Origin: Candidatus Marinacidobacterales bacterium | GTDB taxonomy: Bacteria > Acidobacteriota > Vicinamibacteria > Marinacidobacterales > SMYC01 | Direction: 5' to 3' | DNA length: 64,000 nt | NCBI GenBank assembly: GCA_965237955.1 | Contig: OZ250169.1 | Span: 6,144,001-6,208,000, forward strand | Shown: one piece after another, positions 46,210 to 56,617 of the stretch | Layout of the letters: each line of letters starts with the position of its first letter | Numbering within the stretch: the first letter of the stretch is position 1 | Program-made: the position numbers and the translations under genes | Notes under the pieces: model-generated | What the model was told of the DNA's origin: nothing | What the model saw: the letters and a program-made list of their open reading frames with translations, nothing else | The model's database searches: none

Positions 46210-48274
46210 ATGGCTTCCGAGCGTTTGGTGCCGACGGCAAAACATCCGACCGAGCGCCCCGGTTGGAAACACTTCCTCTTTCGAACACGTCTCGGACAGC
46301 TCCTCGTAGCCCTTTGCGGCATTCGTATCCTCGGTGCGCTCGGACTGGTTCCACCCGCACTCACAACCGCGTCGACGGTCGCGTTGTGGCTCTACGTCGC
46401 CGCCCTGCTCTTCTGGGCCGTCGGAGGGATTCGCCGCAAGCTGCTGTGGCGGATTCGGCGAAAGCTGTTCATCTCGTATCTCCTCATCGGCCTCGTCCCC
46501 ACGGTTCTCATCCTGTCCTTTTTCGCGCTGACCGGATATTTCACGCTCGGCCAAGTGAGCTCCTACATGTTGAACCGAGCGGTCGACAGAGCCGAGACCA
46601 AAGCGGCGAACAGCGCGAACTTGCTTCTCTCGGCGCTCCCGGGACACCTTCGCAGTGGTTCGCGGCCATCGGATGAACGGATTCGAAGCGTGCTCGACGA
46701 GTACGTCGCAAACCTCGGCGAGAGCCTGCCCGACGCGGGCGCAATCTATCTCGAGCATCGGCGCGGAAGGATACAACGCGTGGTGGCCAGCGACAGCCTG
46801 ACGACGTTGCCGAGCGTCGGCACCAATCTTCCCGAGTGGATTGTCACTGGTCATCAGGGCGGCATCAAGCTGGGTGTATCGAACTACACCGCGGGTGCCT
46901 CGGCCCCAACAGACACTTCGACAGGCGCGACCGTCCTGGTCCTTGCGCCCCTCGCCGGCGTGATCGAGAGCGCTGCTTCAGACCTGGGTTTTCACATCGA
47001 CCAGATCTTGGCAAGCGTGACCGACGAGGGCTCGACCGAGAGTGTCTTCGTGCGCCAAGCGGAGTTGACGAGCACGGAGGCGGAGTCCGGGATCGAACCC
47101 GAGTCCATGGCATCGTTCACCATACCGTGGTGGACGTTATTCGAACCCGGCGCTTCGACGATCCGCCCTCCGAAGAGTCCGACTTGATTTTCGTCCAGTT
47201 CGGCTTCCCCGTGATCAACTTCTACCGAAGCATAGCGTCCGGCGCGCTTGAGCTCGGCCCCAATGGTCCCGACTTGGGCCAGCTGCTCGTGACCGCGATG
47301 GTCTTTCTCGCCGTCCTGTTCCTCATCATCCAAGTGTCCGCGATCTTCGTCGGGCTAGTCCTCGCGCGATCCATCACCGGTTCCGTTCATGCGTTGAGCG
47401 AAGGAACCGAACATGTGCGTCAAGGCGACTTCAGCTACAAAGTGCAGGTGCGCTCGCGCGATCAGCTGGGCGAGCTGGCAGATTCGTTCAATCTCATGAC
47501 CGCGAGTATCCAAGACCTTCTTCGAGAGTCCGCAGAGAAGCAACGGCTCGAAGAAGAGCTTCGCATCGCGCGCGCGATATTCAAATGAAGTTGCTTCCGA
47601 AGGACCATGTCAACGTCCCGGGGCTATCCATAGCTCCGTTCACGGAAGTCGGGGGCGATTACTACGATTTCATCCCGCTCGACGACGATCGGTTGGCACT
47701 GCTCATCGCCGACGTTTCCGGCAAGGGAACTTCGGCAGCGCTCTATATGGCTGAGCTCAAAGGCCTCGTGCTTTCTTTGAGCCAGATCTCCCCGCGGAAG
47801 CTCCTCGTCGAAGCGAACAAGATCCTCGCCGCCACTCTCGACAGCCGCAGTTTCATCACCATGGTGTACGCCGTCATCGACATGAGCGAGCGGCGAATCA
47901 CGTACGCACGCGCGGGGCACAACCCCATCTTCCACCTGTCGCCGAACGGCGGCGGCGATAGAACTAACGTCCTCGCTCCCGAGGGGATGGGCCTCGCCCT
48001 CGACCGCAGCGCGCGCTTCGAGCGCGTGCTTCGCGAAGACTCACTCGATCTCACCTCGGGTGACGTGTTTCTTTTCTTCACCGACGGAATCTCCGAAGCG
48101 ATGAACACACGGGACGAGCTCTTTGGTGAGGAGCGGATCCGCTCGATCATGGAAGAGAACGCAGACCTCCAAATGGACGAGCTTCGTGAAAAAATCGTCG
48201 ACGAGGTGTTCGATTTCGCCGGCGGGGCGGTTCAGCACGACGACATGACGATGGTCCTCGTCAAAGTGTTGTAG
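46210..48274 (+). pseudogene. Membrane HAMP + SpoIIE/RsbU PP2C phosphatase, frameshifted near 47150 and 47575
   Basis: LLWRIRRKL TM region; HAMP ARSITG.V..L..G..V.QGDF...RDQLGELA.SFN.M; EEELRIAR|IQMKLLP, EVGGDYYD, IADVSGKG, FTDGISEA, DDMT. Confidence 0.85.
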
Positions 48275-48384
48275 TACTATAGGTTACAGTGGTCTCGTCG
48301 CGGTCGGCCGCCGCGATTGTCGCCACGATTGTCGATGACGTCGTAAACAACCTTGCTCCCGCACCAGGAGAACGCGAGTATTTC

Positions 48385-49098
48385 GTGACAAGTCAATCCA
48401 CCACAGAACTCTCCGATCTTGAAGAACGCCTCGGGTACCGCTTCACCCAAGAGGATTTGCTGCGCCAAGCGCTGACCCACAAGTCCTTCGCCCACGAATC
48501 CGGAAACGGAGCTCACAACGAATCGATGGAGTTCCTGGGTGACGCCGTGCTCGGCTTCCTCATCACCGATTTCATCTACAAGGACTTTCCAGCGTTGACA
48601 GAGGGCCGCAAATCTAAAATCAAGGCCTACCTCGTGAGCGCCACCACGCTCTCGAGCCTCGCCCTCGCACTCGAGATCCCTCAATTCTTGAGACTGGGAA
48701 AAGGCGAGGAAAAAACAGGAGGCCGCCAGAAGAACGCGTTGTCGGCGAACGCGCTCGAGGCCGTCGTCGCCGCGATCTACCTCGACGCCGGCATCGATGC
48801 GGTCCGAGCTTTCCTCCAACCGCTCTACTCCCCTCTCATCGAAGAAGTTCGTGAGGGCCGCGCGGTCGTCGAAGATCCCAAGACAACGCTACAAGAGTTC
48901 CTCCAAGCAAGAAACCTGGAACCCGCCCACTATCACGTGACCGCCGAAAGCGGCCCCGAGCATCGCAAGACCTTCCAAGTCGAGCTCAAAGTAGGACGCC
49001 GCAAGCTAGGCGAAGCCAGTGGGACGACAAAGAAGAAGGCGGAGCTATTGGCCGCGCAAGCCGCTTTGGCGAAGTTGCTGGAAGAAAAGGCTGAGTAG
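48385..49098 (+). CDS. rnc: Ribonuclease III
   Basis: ALTHKS, NESMEFLGDAVL, ANALEAVVAAIYLD, DPKT.LQE, GPEH dsRBD. Confidence 0.96.
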   Translation: MTSQSTTELSDLEERLGYRFTQEDLLRQALTHKSFAHESGNGAHNESMEFLGDAVLGFLITDFIYKDFPALTEGRKSKIKAYLVSATTLSSLALALEIPQFLRLGKGEEKTGGRQKNALSANALEAVVAAIYLDAGIDAVRAFLQPLYSPLIEEVREGRAVVEDPKTTLQEFLQARNLEPAHYHVTAESGPEHRKTFQVELKVGRRKLGEASGTTKKKAELLAAQAALAKLLEEKAE

Positions 49099-49100
49099 TT

Positions 49101-49279
49101 TCAGCATTCAGCATCCAGCATTCAGTTCACTTCAGGCCCTGCCGCTATCCGCGACTTTGGCGTCGACGATCTCCTAGCCGGTCAGACGCGTCGCCTACAA
49201 GGCACAGAGGCTATCGACGACGATCGTCGACTTACCGGCACGGCGCGATGTGAACTGAATGCTGGACGCTGGATGCTGA
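49101..49279. repeat. Heptamer-based (CAGCATY) inverted-repeat element between convergent genes
   Basis: TCAGCATTCAGCATCCAGCATTCAGTTCAC (49101-49130) vs GTGAACTGAATGCTGGACGCTGGATGCTGA (49250-49279): 28/30; internal IR GTCGACGATC/GATCGTCGAC. Confidence 0.82.
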
Positions 49280-49867
49280 TTATTCCCGATCAGTGACAAT
49301 AAGCATCATCACATGCTCGCCGATGCGGAACTCATTGTGGTTCTCGAGCTCGGTCGCGTCGATCTGCTGGCCGTCGACGAACGTGCCGTTGGTGCTCTTC
49401 AGGTCGGACACGACGACGCGCGAGCCGAGAATCTCGAGAGACGCGTGTTGGCGTGACGCCTCGGGGTCGTCGAGAATGACGTCGCAGTCAGCGCGCCCGA
49501 TGATGGTGCGCACCTTGTTGATCTTGAAAATCTGCCCGCTCGCTTTCCCTTGCAGCACCGCAAGCGAGTACTTCTTGTCGTCGGGCAGACCCATCACTTC
49601 GGCCGCGGCCGGGCCGGTGATTGTCGCCTCACCCGCGGCCTCGTCCGATCGAAGGCGTTTCACCCGCGCCGTGGTGTCCTGCGATGTTTCGTCGGAGGAT
49701 CCCGGGCTCCCGGGGGCAGGCGCGCTCGCCGCCGTTGCCTCGGCAACGCCGATGTCGATCGTCGCCCCGCACTTTTTGCACTTCGCCTGAACGTGCGACT
49801 TGCCGCCGAGCTGCGCTTCGTCGAATTTGTATTTGGTCTGACAGTTAGGGCAAGCGACTCGAATCAT
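49280..49867 (-). CDS. MJ0042-type zinc-ribbon + FHA domain protein
   Basis: CPNC.TKY...CKKC; FHA IGR...SRQHA...DLKSTNGTF. Confidence 0.9.
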   Translation of the reverse strand: MIRVACPNCQTKYKFDEAQLGGKSHVQAKCKKCGATIDIGVAEATAASAPAPGSPGSSDETSQDTTARVKRLRSDEAAGEATITGPAAAEVMGLPDDKKYSLAVLQGKASGQIFKINKVRTIIGRADCDVILDDPEASRQHASLEILGSRVVVSDLKSTNGTFVDGQQIDATELENHNEFRIGEHVMMLIVTDRE

Positions 49868-49953
49868 GATTCTTAGAGATAGCCTATGTCGGGAATTCCT
49901 TGTGTCAGTTTAACCTCATATGTGAGGCCGGGTTCAAGTGGGTCCAAGCGCGC

Positions 49954-51501
49954 TCAGCTGTAACGTCTCCGGATAAAGTGCTCCCAATCGCGGATGAGCC
50001 TACTGGTGTCGGACCCGAGGACGCGATTCAGCGACTCGTCGATATCGTTACCGTCGCCGAGCGCTGACAGCAAATCCCGAATCCCGCCCATGCCGCGCTT
50101 TTGGATCATGTAGTCCACCATCGATGCCGCCGCCGGATAGAAGAGTCGTACGTCGCACCGGGCGGTCGGCAGGCACTGATTGAAACTCTGTCCGCTGTTG
50201 ATCACCCGCGCGAGTAGCTTTCCGTTCTCCTCGGTTCTCGTGCCTTCCACGTATTCGGCAAGACCCTCGTGGAGCCACCTCGGAGCGCTCTTCCCCGCCC
50301 TGGCGTGGATGAACGCGTGTGCGAGCTCATGGTGAAGCGTCGTCTTGATGTGCTCGTCGAGGCGCTCGAGGCCACGCACCGGCACACGGATCTTCCCGTC
50401 GAAGAGTCCGAGAGACCAATGCGGCCCCCCCATGTCACGGTAGTCGCGTCGCGAATAGAGGATGACCACGACGCGCTCCGACGGCTCGAACCCGAACAGG
50501 GAGACGAGTGACGCGTAGCTTCGGTCCATGGTGTCGATGACCATACGGCCGGTGTCCTCCATGGTGCCGCCTTCGTAGCGCACGATGCAGTGAGCGAGGC
50601 GCTGGCTTTCGAACCCGTCCGCCGTTTGCGCCTCCGCGAGCGCTTTTTGGAGCGATGCGCGGATTCCGGGGTCATCGCGGATGGTCAGCGCTTTTTGGAA
50701 AGCCTCGACCGCCTTGCGCATTTCTTCTCGAAAATAGTGGGTCTTGCCGATGATGTGGTACATCTCCGCGGGATTGGCCTCGGAGCCGTACGCGATTGCG
50801 GTCTCCGCCCACCTCATCGCAGGCTCCCACTCTTCTTGGGCCCCATAGATCACGGCTCGAAACGACGCGAGGTCGCCCGCCGGCGCCGCCCAATCCTCGC
50901 ACTCGTCGAGGTAGCGAAGCGCCTCCCGGTATCTCCGTTGCCGGATCTCTTTCCCCGCCGCAAGCAAGTGAGCCGCGATGACGTACTCACGGAGCCAATC
51001 GACCCCTGGATGATCGCGAGCCACTTCCTTGGCACGCTCCAGCAGAGCCGGCGTCACCGCGGACTCGGTCAAATCGGGAAGCTCGGGGATGTCGTCCGCC
51101 GGGTCGGGCTTTCGGACAACGGCATTGTTCGCGGAATCGCCCGGTTCGCGGAGCCCTCCGAGCCCTCTGAGGACGAACGGCTCAGGTTGTCGCACGGTGA
51201 GCTCGACGACCGGCGGAGGCTCTTCGCTCGAAGATGACTGGGCGGGCCCGGGCTCTGGGTCGGGTTGTTGCTGCTGCCACAGCTTCAACCCGTAGTAGCC
51301 CCCAGCGCACATCAACGTACTCAAGAAAACGATGTTGAACAGCGACGAGCCGAACGAAGGTTCGGGATTTCCCTGCGGCCTCGGAGCGGATCGGGGCGGT
51401 TCGGGGCTGGACGGCCGTTCACGCCCGAGCTTTCCGAACACGACGCCACATCGAGGACAAGACGCTTCCGTTGTTTCAAATTCGCACTTTGGGCACTTCA
51501 C
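49954..51501 (-). CDS. Zinc-ribbon/TM/TPR protein with peptidase MA-like (gluzincin) domain
   Basis: CPKC..CPRCG, TM, TPRs, LHHELAHAF...APRWLHEGLAEY. Confidence 0.82.
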   Translation of the reverse strand: MKCPKCEFETTEASCPRCGVVFGKLGRERPSSPEPPRSAPRPQGNPEPSFGSSLFNIVFLSTLMCAGGYYGLKLWQQQQPDPEPGPAQSSSSEEPPPVVELTVRQPEPFVLRGLGGLREPGDSANNAVVRKPDPADDIPELPDLTESAVTPALLERAKEVARDHPGVDWLREYVIAAHLLAAGKEIRQRRYREALRYLDECEDWAAPAGDLASFRAVIYGAQEEWEPAMRWAETAIAYGSEANPAEMYHIIGKTHYFREEMRKAVEAFQKALTIRDDPGIRASLQKALAEAQTADGFESQRLAHCIVRYEGGTMEDTGRMVIDTMDRSYASLVSLFGFEPSERVVVILYSRRDYRDMGGPHWSLGLFDGKIRVPVRGLERLDEHIKTTLHHELAHAFIHARAGKSAPRWLHEGLAEYVEGTRTEENGKLLARVINSGQSFNQCLPTARCDVRLFYPAAASMVDYMIQKRGMGGIRDLLSALGDGNDIDESLNRVLGSDTSRLIRDWEHFIRRRYS

Positions 51502-51540
51502 CAGGGCCTCACTTACATCAGGTATGGTTTTGATGGCGAT

Positions 51541-52740
51541 TTATCTGGCTTTGGCGAAGTTCGATTTCGCGCGAACGGTTTCGACAGCGTTGGCTAGCGC
51601 TTCGGAAAAAGCTCCTATGTCTCGCTCTTGGGTGTAGCGGCCGAGACTGACACGCACCGATCCTCGAACGGCTTCTGCATCGAGCCCCATCCCGGTGAGC
51701 ACGTGCGACCCGGTACCGCCGGTGTCGCACGCGGCGCCCGCCGATACCGCGAACCCGGCGGCGTCGAGTGCCATGACCAGGGCGCGACCGTCGACGCTCT
51801 CGAAGCGAAAGTTCACAGTGTTGGGAGTGCGCTCTGCTCCGAGACCGTTGACTTGGGTTCCGTGGATTCGCTCGAGAACGTTGGATTGCAGTTCATCGCG
51901 AAGCCGCGTGAGTTTTTTCGACTCGGACTCGAGCCGGATCTGCACTTGCCGACATGCCTCCGCGAGCCCGACGATGCCGGGAAGATTTTCGGTGCCCGCC
52001 CGGCGCGCTCTCTCTTGGCCCCCACCGAGAAACATCGCATCGCAGACAACGCCGTCCCGAACGTAGAGCGCACCCACGCCGTTCGGACCGTAGAATTTGT
52101 GCGCCGACAGCGACAGCAGGTCGACTCCGAGTGTTCCGACGTCGACGGGGATCTTGCCGCACGCTTGAACGGCATCGGTATGGAACCAAGCGCCGACGTC
52201 GTGGGCGGCGCTCGCAAGCTCACGAATCGGCTGCAACACCCCCGTCTCGTTGTTCGCATACATGATCGAGACGAGCAACGTGTCAGGACGAAGTGCTTTG
52301 ACCAAACGCTCGGGCACGAGCCGGCCGCGATCGTTCACGTCGACGATCGTGACCTCCCACCCGTTTTGCTCGAGATGACGCAGCACCTGGAACACGGCGT
52401 GGTGCTCGATGTTGGAGGCGACGAGGTGTCTTCGCTCGCCGGTCTTAGCCGCCGTGGTGGTCCCCACAATCGCAAGGTTGTCAGCTTCGGTACCGCCTGC
52501 AGTGAAAACGATTTCGTCGGCGCCCGCACCGATGAGCTCGGCAACCGCTCGTCTCGAGCGTGAGAGCGCGTCTTTGGCCCGTCGGCCCAGCCGGTGAATG
52601 CTCGACGGATTTCCGAAGTCCTCGCCAAACAACGGCAACATCGCCTCGAGCACCTCCGGCGCGAGCGGCGTAGTGGCGTTGTTGTCCAAATACACGTTGA
52701 CGTCTTTGTTTGAGTTGTCTGAGTTGTCCGAGTTATACAC
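51541..52740 (-). CDS. iscS: Cysteine desulfurase (IscS/NifS family)
   Basis: YLDNNATTP, GNPSS.H, FT.GGTEADN, NNETG, HTDAVQ, SAHKFYGP, R.GTEN, catalytic SAGAAC. Confidence 0.92.
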   Translation of the reverse strand: MYNSDNSDNSNKDVNVYLDNNATTPLAPEVLEAMLPLFGEDFGNPSSIHRLGRRAKDALSRSRRAVAELIGAGADEIVFTAGGTEADNLAIVGTTTAAKTGERRHLVASNIEHHAVFQVLRHLEQNGWEVTIVDVNDRGRLVPERLVKALRPDTLLVSIMYANNETGVLQPIRELASAAHDVGAWFHTDAVQACGKIPVDVGTLGVDLLSLSAHKFYGPNGVGALYVRDGVVCDAMFLGGGQERARRAGTENLPGIVGLAEACRQVQIRLESESKKLTRLRDELQSNVLERIHGTQVNGLGAERTPNTVNFRFESVDGRALVMALDAAGFAVSAGAACDTGGTGSHVLTGMGLDAEAVRGSVRVSLGRYTQERDIGAFSEALANAVETVRAKSNFAKAR

Positions 52741-52814
52741 TGCCCCTAACCCTATGTCTTTTCAGCATAAATTTGCCGGAGGGACCAGAGACACAGTCAT
52801 TTTCATGTGCTAGC

Positions 52815-53636
52815 ATGTTTGTAATGGACGAACCCCTCGACGCCGTCACCACGTCGCAAGACCCACCCAAGCTCCAACATATCCAGTTTCGGGTCGATCA
52901 CGACGTAGCCCGTATCGCTCTCAACCGCCCGGAGGCGGCGAACGCCCTGAGCTTCGCCGCGCTGAACGAGGTCGACCATGCGCTCGGCACACTCGAGCTC
53001 AACGAGGCAGTCAAGGTCGTTGTCATCTCGGGGAGCGACAAGGCATTCTCGAGCGGGCTCGACATCGCCGAGCACACCGACGAGAACGTCTACCAGCTCC
53101 TCGAAGCGTTCCATCAGATCATACGCACTCTGATGGAGCTGGAAGCGGTCAGCATCTCCGTCGTCAAAGGGATGGCCCTGGGCGCAGGGTGCGAGCTCGC
53201 CGCGATCTGTGATTTCTGCTTCGCGGCCGAGGGGTCGAAGCTGGGCCAGCCGGAGCTCAAGGCGGGCCTGTTCCCTTCCGTCGCACCGGTCATCTACCCG
53301 CGGCTCGTTGGACTGCATCGGACCTACGAGATGATCCTCACCGGCCGCATTTACGAGGCTCGTGAGGCAGAAGGCATCGGCCTCATCACCCGGGCCGTCG
53401 CCCCGGACGAGCTCGACGCGGAAGTGGAAAAATGGGTCCAGTTCCTCCAAACGTTCTCTACGCCGGTGCTCCGCCTCGCGAGACGAGCCATCTCGGACGC
53501 TGTGAACTTACCCTTCGACGAAGGGCTACGACACGTCGAAGAGGTCTATCTCAACCAGCTCGTCTCCACCGAGGACGCCAAAGAAGGCGTACGCGCCCTC
53601 CGCGAACGCCGCCAGCCCGTGTGGAAGCATAAGTAA
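52815..53636 (+). CDS. Enoyl-CoA hydratase/isomerase family protein
   Basis: LNRPE..NAL, FSSGLDI, GMALGAGCEL, GQPE..GLFP, EDAKEG. Confidence 0.92.
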   Translation: MFVMDEPLDAVTTSQDPPKLQHIQFRVDHDVARIALNRPEAANALSFAALNEVDHALGTLELNEAVKVVVISGSDKAFSSGLDIAEHTDENVYQLLEAFHQIIRTLMELEAVSISVVKGMALGAGCELAAICDFCFAAEGSKLGQPELKAGLFPSVAPVIYPRLVGLHRTYEMILTGRIYEAREAEGIGLITRAVAPDELDAEVEKWVQFLQTFSTPVLRLARRAISDAVNLPFDEGLRHVEEVYLNQLVSTEDAKEGVRALRERRQPVWKHK

Positions 53637-53640
53637 TTCA

Positions 53641-53668
53641 ATCGGCCATCAGCCATCGGCCATCAGCA
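53641..53668. repeat. Isolated GCCATCR heptamer tract (one arm of the 9574 family)
   Basis: ATCGGCCATCAGCCATCGGCCATCAGCA. Confidence 0.65.
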
Positions 53669-53746
53669 TATGTTCTAACGGGCGACCACCACCGCTGATA
53701 TACTTCCGCTCCTGTTTACGCCCACCGATGAGGAGAACGTGTAACG

Positions 53747-54952
53747 ATGCTCGATTTTGACCTCAATGAGGACCATCTTGCCGTGGAGCGGATGGTGCGC
53801 GAGTTCGCGGCCAACGAAGTGGCACCTCACATCCAGGAGAACGACTCCAAAAAATATTTCGACCGCTCGGTCCTGGGGAAGATGGCCAAGCTCAACATCC
53901 TGGGCATCTGTATTCCGGAGGAGTACGGGGGGGCAGGACTGGATTACGTCTCTCTCGGGCTCGCTTGTGAAGAGCTCGAGTACGTGGACACTTCCCTCCG
54001 CGTCATCATGTCGGTCCACGTCGGGCTCAACTGCCTGACGCTCCTGGCGTGGGCGAACGACGAACAGAAGCAACGATACCTGGTGCCGCAGGCCAAAGGC
54101 GAAAAAATCTCGACCTACGGCCTCACTGAGCCGAACGCCGGAAGCGACGCCGTCGGCATCCAGACGACGGCGGTTAAGAAGGGCGACACCTACGTTCTGA
54201 ACGGCGAGAAGCAGTGGATCTCTCTTGCCGAGGTCGCGGACAACTTCCTCGTCATCGCTTGGACCGACCAGGAAAAGAAGAAAAATCGCGACCACAGCGG
54301 GCTATCGGCGTTCATCGTCGAGCGCTCCTACAAAGGCTTCGAAAGCGGCGCCATGACCCACAAGTGGGGCATCAAGGCAGGCAACACCGGCTGGTTCAAA
54401 CTCTCCGACGTGGAAGTTCCCGAGGAGAATCTCTTGGGAAACGAAGACGAAGGCTTCAAGATCGCGATGTTCGCGCTCGACCAGGGACGCTACACCGTGG
54501 CCGCCGGCGCCACCGGGCTCATCCGCGCCTGTCTCGACGAGAGCGTGAAGTGGGCTCGGGAGCGCCACACCTTCGGCCAGCCGATCGGCCAGCACCAGCT
54601 GGTGAAGCAAATGATCGCGAACATGGCCCGAGACTACGAATGCGCGCGTCTACTGTGGCTCAAGGCAGGCGTTCTCAAGAACCAGGGCCGCCGCAACACC
54701 AAAGAGACGTCCCTCGCCAAATGGGTGTCGACGGTCACCTCCGAGCGAGCAGGCTCGGACGCGGTTCAAATCCTCGGCTCCTACGGGTATTCCGACGAGT
54801 ATCCCGTGGGACGGTTCTGGCGAAATTCCAAGGGCGCCGTGATCTACGAAGGGACGCGCGAGATTCACACCCTGATGCAAGCGGATTATGCGCTCGGATA
54901 CCGCGTGGACAAACCGACGCGAATCTCGCTGCCGAAGTACGAGAAAAGCTGA
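53747..54952 (+). CDS. Acyl-CoA dehydrogenase
   Basis: PEEYGGAG, GLTEPNAGSD, LNGEKQWIS, TFGQPIG, QILGSYGY, IYEGT. Confidence 0.95.
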   Translation: MLDFDLNEDHLAVERMVREFAANEVAPHIQENDSKKYFDRSVLGKMAKLNILGICIPEEYGGAGLDYVSLGLACEELEYVDTSLRVIMSVHVGLNCLTLLAWANDEQKQRYLVPQAKGEKISTYGLTEPNAGSDAVGIQTTAVKKGDTYVLNGEKQWISLAEVADNFLVIAWTDQEKKKNRDHSGLSAFIVERSYKGFESGAMTHKWGIKAGNTGWFKLSDVEVPEENLLGNEDEGFKIAMFALDQGRYTVAAGATGLIRACLDESVKWARERHTFGQPIGQHQLVKQMIANMARDYECARLLWLKAGVLKNQGRRNTKETSLAKWVSTVTSERAGSDAVQILGSYGYSDEYPVGRFWRNSKGAVIYEGTREIHTLMQADYALGYRVDKPTRISLPKYEKS

Positions 54953-55151
54953 GCGGCGGTACAATCTTACTAGGCCCTGGATCACAGTTGATGCCGGCTT
55001 TGGAACTCGACTAAGATAGTTACGAACATACCAGCCAAGCATTCTTTAGAGCACTCCGTATTCACTGAAACCACTAACAACTCAAATTCACGATGTTGCA
55101 TCCGAACGTGGTCGTACCACCGGACGGCCAAAGATGGGAGGAGAAGGAGCT

Positions 55152-55568
55152 GTGAAGGTCGATCTGGAAGCGTTGGTCGTTGCTTTCAGCGATGACTTCG
55201 TACAACGGAGTTATTACCTCGACGGGGACTCGGGACGCGTTTTCAACGTCCTCGAGGATCACGACGACCCCGAAACGCGGGAGCTCGTTTGGGCGCTCGA
55301 GTCCGACACCCGCGGGCGCTACATTCAGGTCCCGAAGCCTAGCCTGGAGGAGACGCTGAAAGAGCAGGACGCTTTTGTCGAATCCCTCGAAGGCGACATG
55401 AGGGAGAAGTTGGACAAAGTCATCGAAGATGATCACGACGGAGCGAAGTTCGCCGACTACGTGGAGCGCAATCGCGGCGCTCGCGACGCGTGGCGCGACT
55501 GCCGAATGGTTCGCTCGCGTGAGCAAGCCAACGAGTGGATAAAAACGCTGAATCTTCCTACCGGTTGA
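55152..55568 (+). CDS. UPF0158-family protein
   Basis: VDLEAL..AF......YYLD..SG.V, RYI.VP, W...R...A.EW; AAGGAG RBS before GTG. Confidence 0.7.
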   Translation: MKVDLEALVVAFSDDFVQRSYYLDGDSGRVFNVLEDHDDPETRELVWALESDTRGRYIQVPKPSLEETLKEQDAFVESLEGDMREKLDKVIEDDHDGAKFADYVERNRGARDAWRDCRMVRSREQANEWIKTLNLPTG

Positions 55569-56450
55569 AGACGAGGTCACCGACAAGAGTCGGGGTTGCC
55601 GGCTGGTCCTATCCCGACTGGGAAGGCATCGTCTATCCCAAAACGCCTCGTTTCGACGGGCTCGCCTACCTGACGCGATACTTCGACACCATCGAGATCA
55701 ACAGCCCTTTCTATCGAATCCCGACCGCGAAGACGACGAGCTCGTGGGCGCGACGCGCGTGTGTGAACCCGAATTTCGGTTCACGCTGAAGCTCTTCCAG
55801 GGATTCACCCACGAGCGCAACGCGAGCACCGAAGACGAGCGCGCTTTCAAAGACGCGCTCGTCCCCCTCATCGACGCCGGGGTGCTGGGCGGAGTCCTGC
55901 TCCAGTTCCCATGGTCCTTCAAGAACGGGCCCGAAAACCGCTCGTACTTGAGCGAGCTCTTCGAGCGCTTCGACGGGTATCCGCTCGTCCTCGAGGTGCG
56001 CCACGCATCATGGAACGACAGAGAGCTCTACGAGCTCCTCGAGCGCCGAGCGGTCGGATTCTGCAATATCGATCAACCGCTCATCGGCCGCTCCATCGCG
56101 CCGACCGACAAAGCGACGGGCCCAATCGGCTACGTGCGGCTCCACGGCCGCAACTACCGGGACTGGTTCCGCGAAAACGCCGGTCGCGATGCGCGCGCTA
56201 CGACTACCTCTATAGCGACGACGAGCTCGACCCGTGGATGGACAAGATCTCGGAAGTGAGCGAGAACGCATCGGAAACGTACGTGATCACCAACAACCAC
56301 TTCCGCGGCCAGGCGGTCGTGAACGCGCTACAAATTCGCTCGCGCCTCAAGAGACGAGCCGTCAAAGCGCCCGCGTCGCTCGTCGAGCACTACCCGGTCT
56401 TGGCGCACATCACCGAGAGCGAAGGCCCAGCGCAGCGTCGGCTGTTCTAG
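55565..56450 (+). pseudogene. DUF72 (YecE-like) protein split by two frameshifts (near 55765 and 56195)
   Basis: GVAGWSYPDW, EINSPFYRIP | F.FTLKL, LLQFPWSF, EVRH.SW, YVRLHGRN | RYDYLYS..EL, ITNNHFRGQA. Confidence 0.85.
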
Positions 56451-56617
56451 ACTCGCGTCCGACGTGCTATCTGCTTCGCTGATTCTGACCCGAATGTCCT
56501 CCGCATCAACGTTGGGAAAACCCTACGTTCTGCTGTCGGGGTTTTCACCCGCCTCACGTCACTTGTTCTGGATCACACTTCCGATACTCTGACCTTCATT
56601 GGGGACGGGGGTCTGTC

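Noticed and set aside
52815-54952. Anaerobic benzoyl-CoA pathway (dch plus glutaryl-CoA dehydrogenase)
   Set aside because: Only family-level motifs; no bcr/bam, had or oah genes nearby, so substrates cannot be assigned.
55565-56450. Programmed frameshifting in the DUF72 and SpoIIE genes
   Set aside because: Multiple breaks per gene, at dinucleotide runs and with small deletions, fit decay or read error better.
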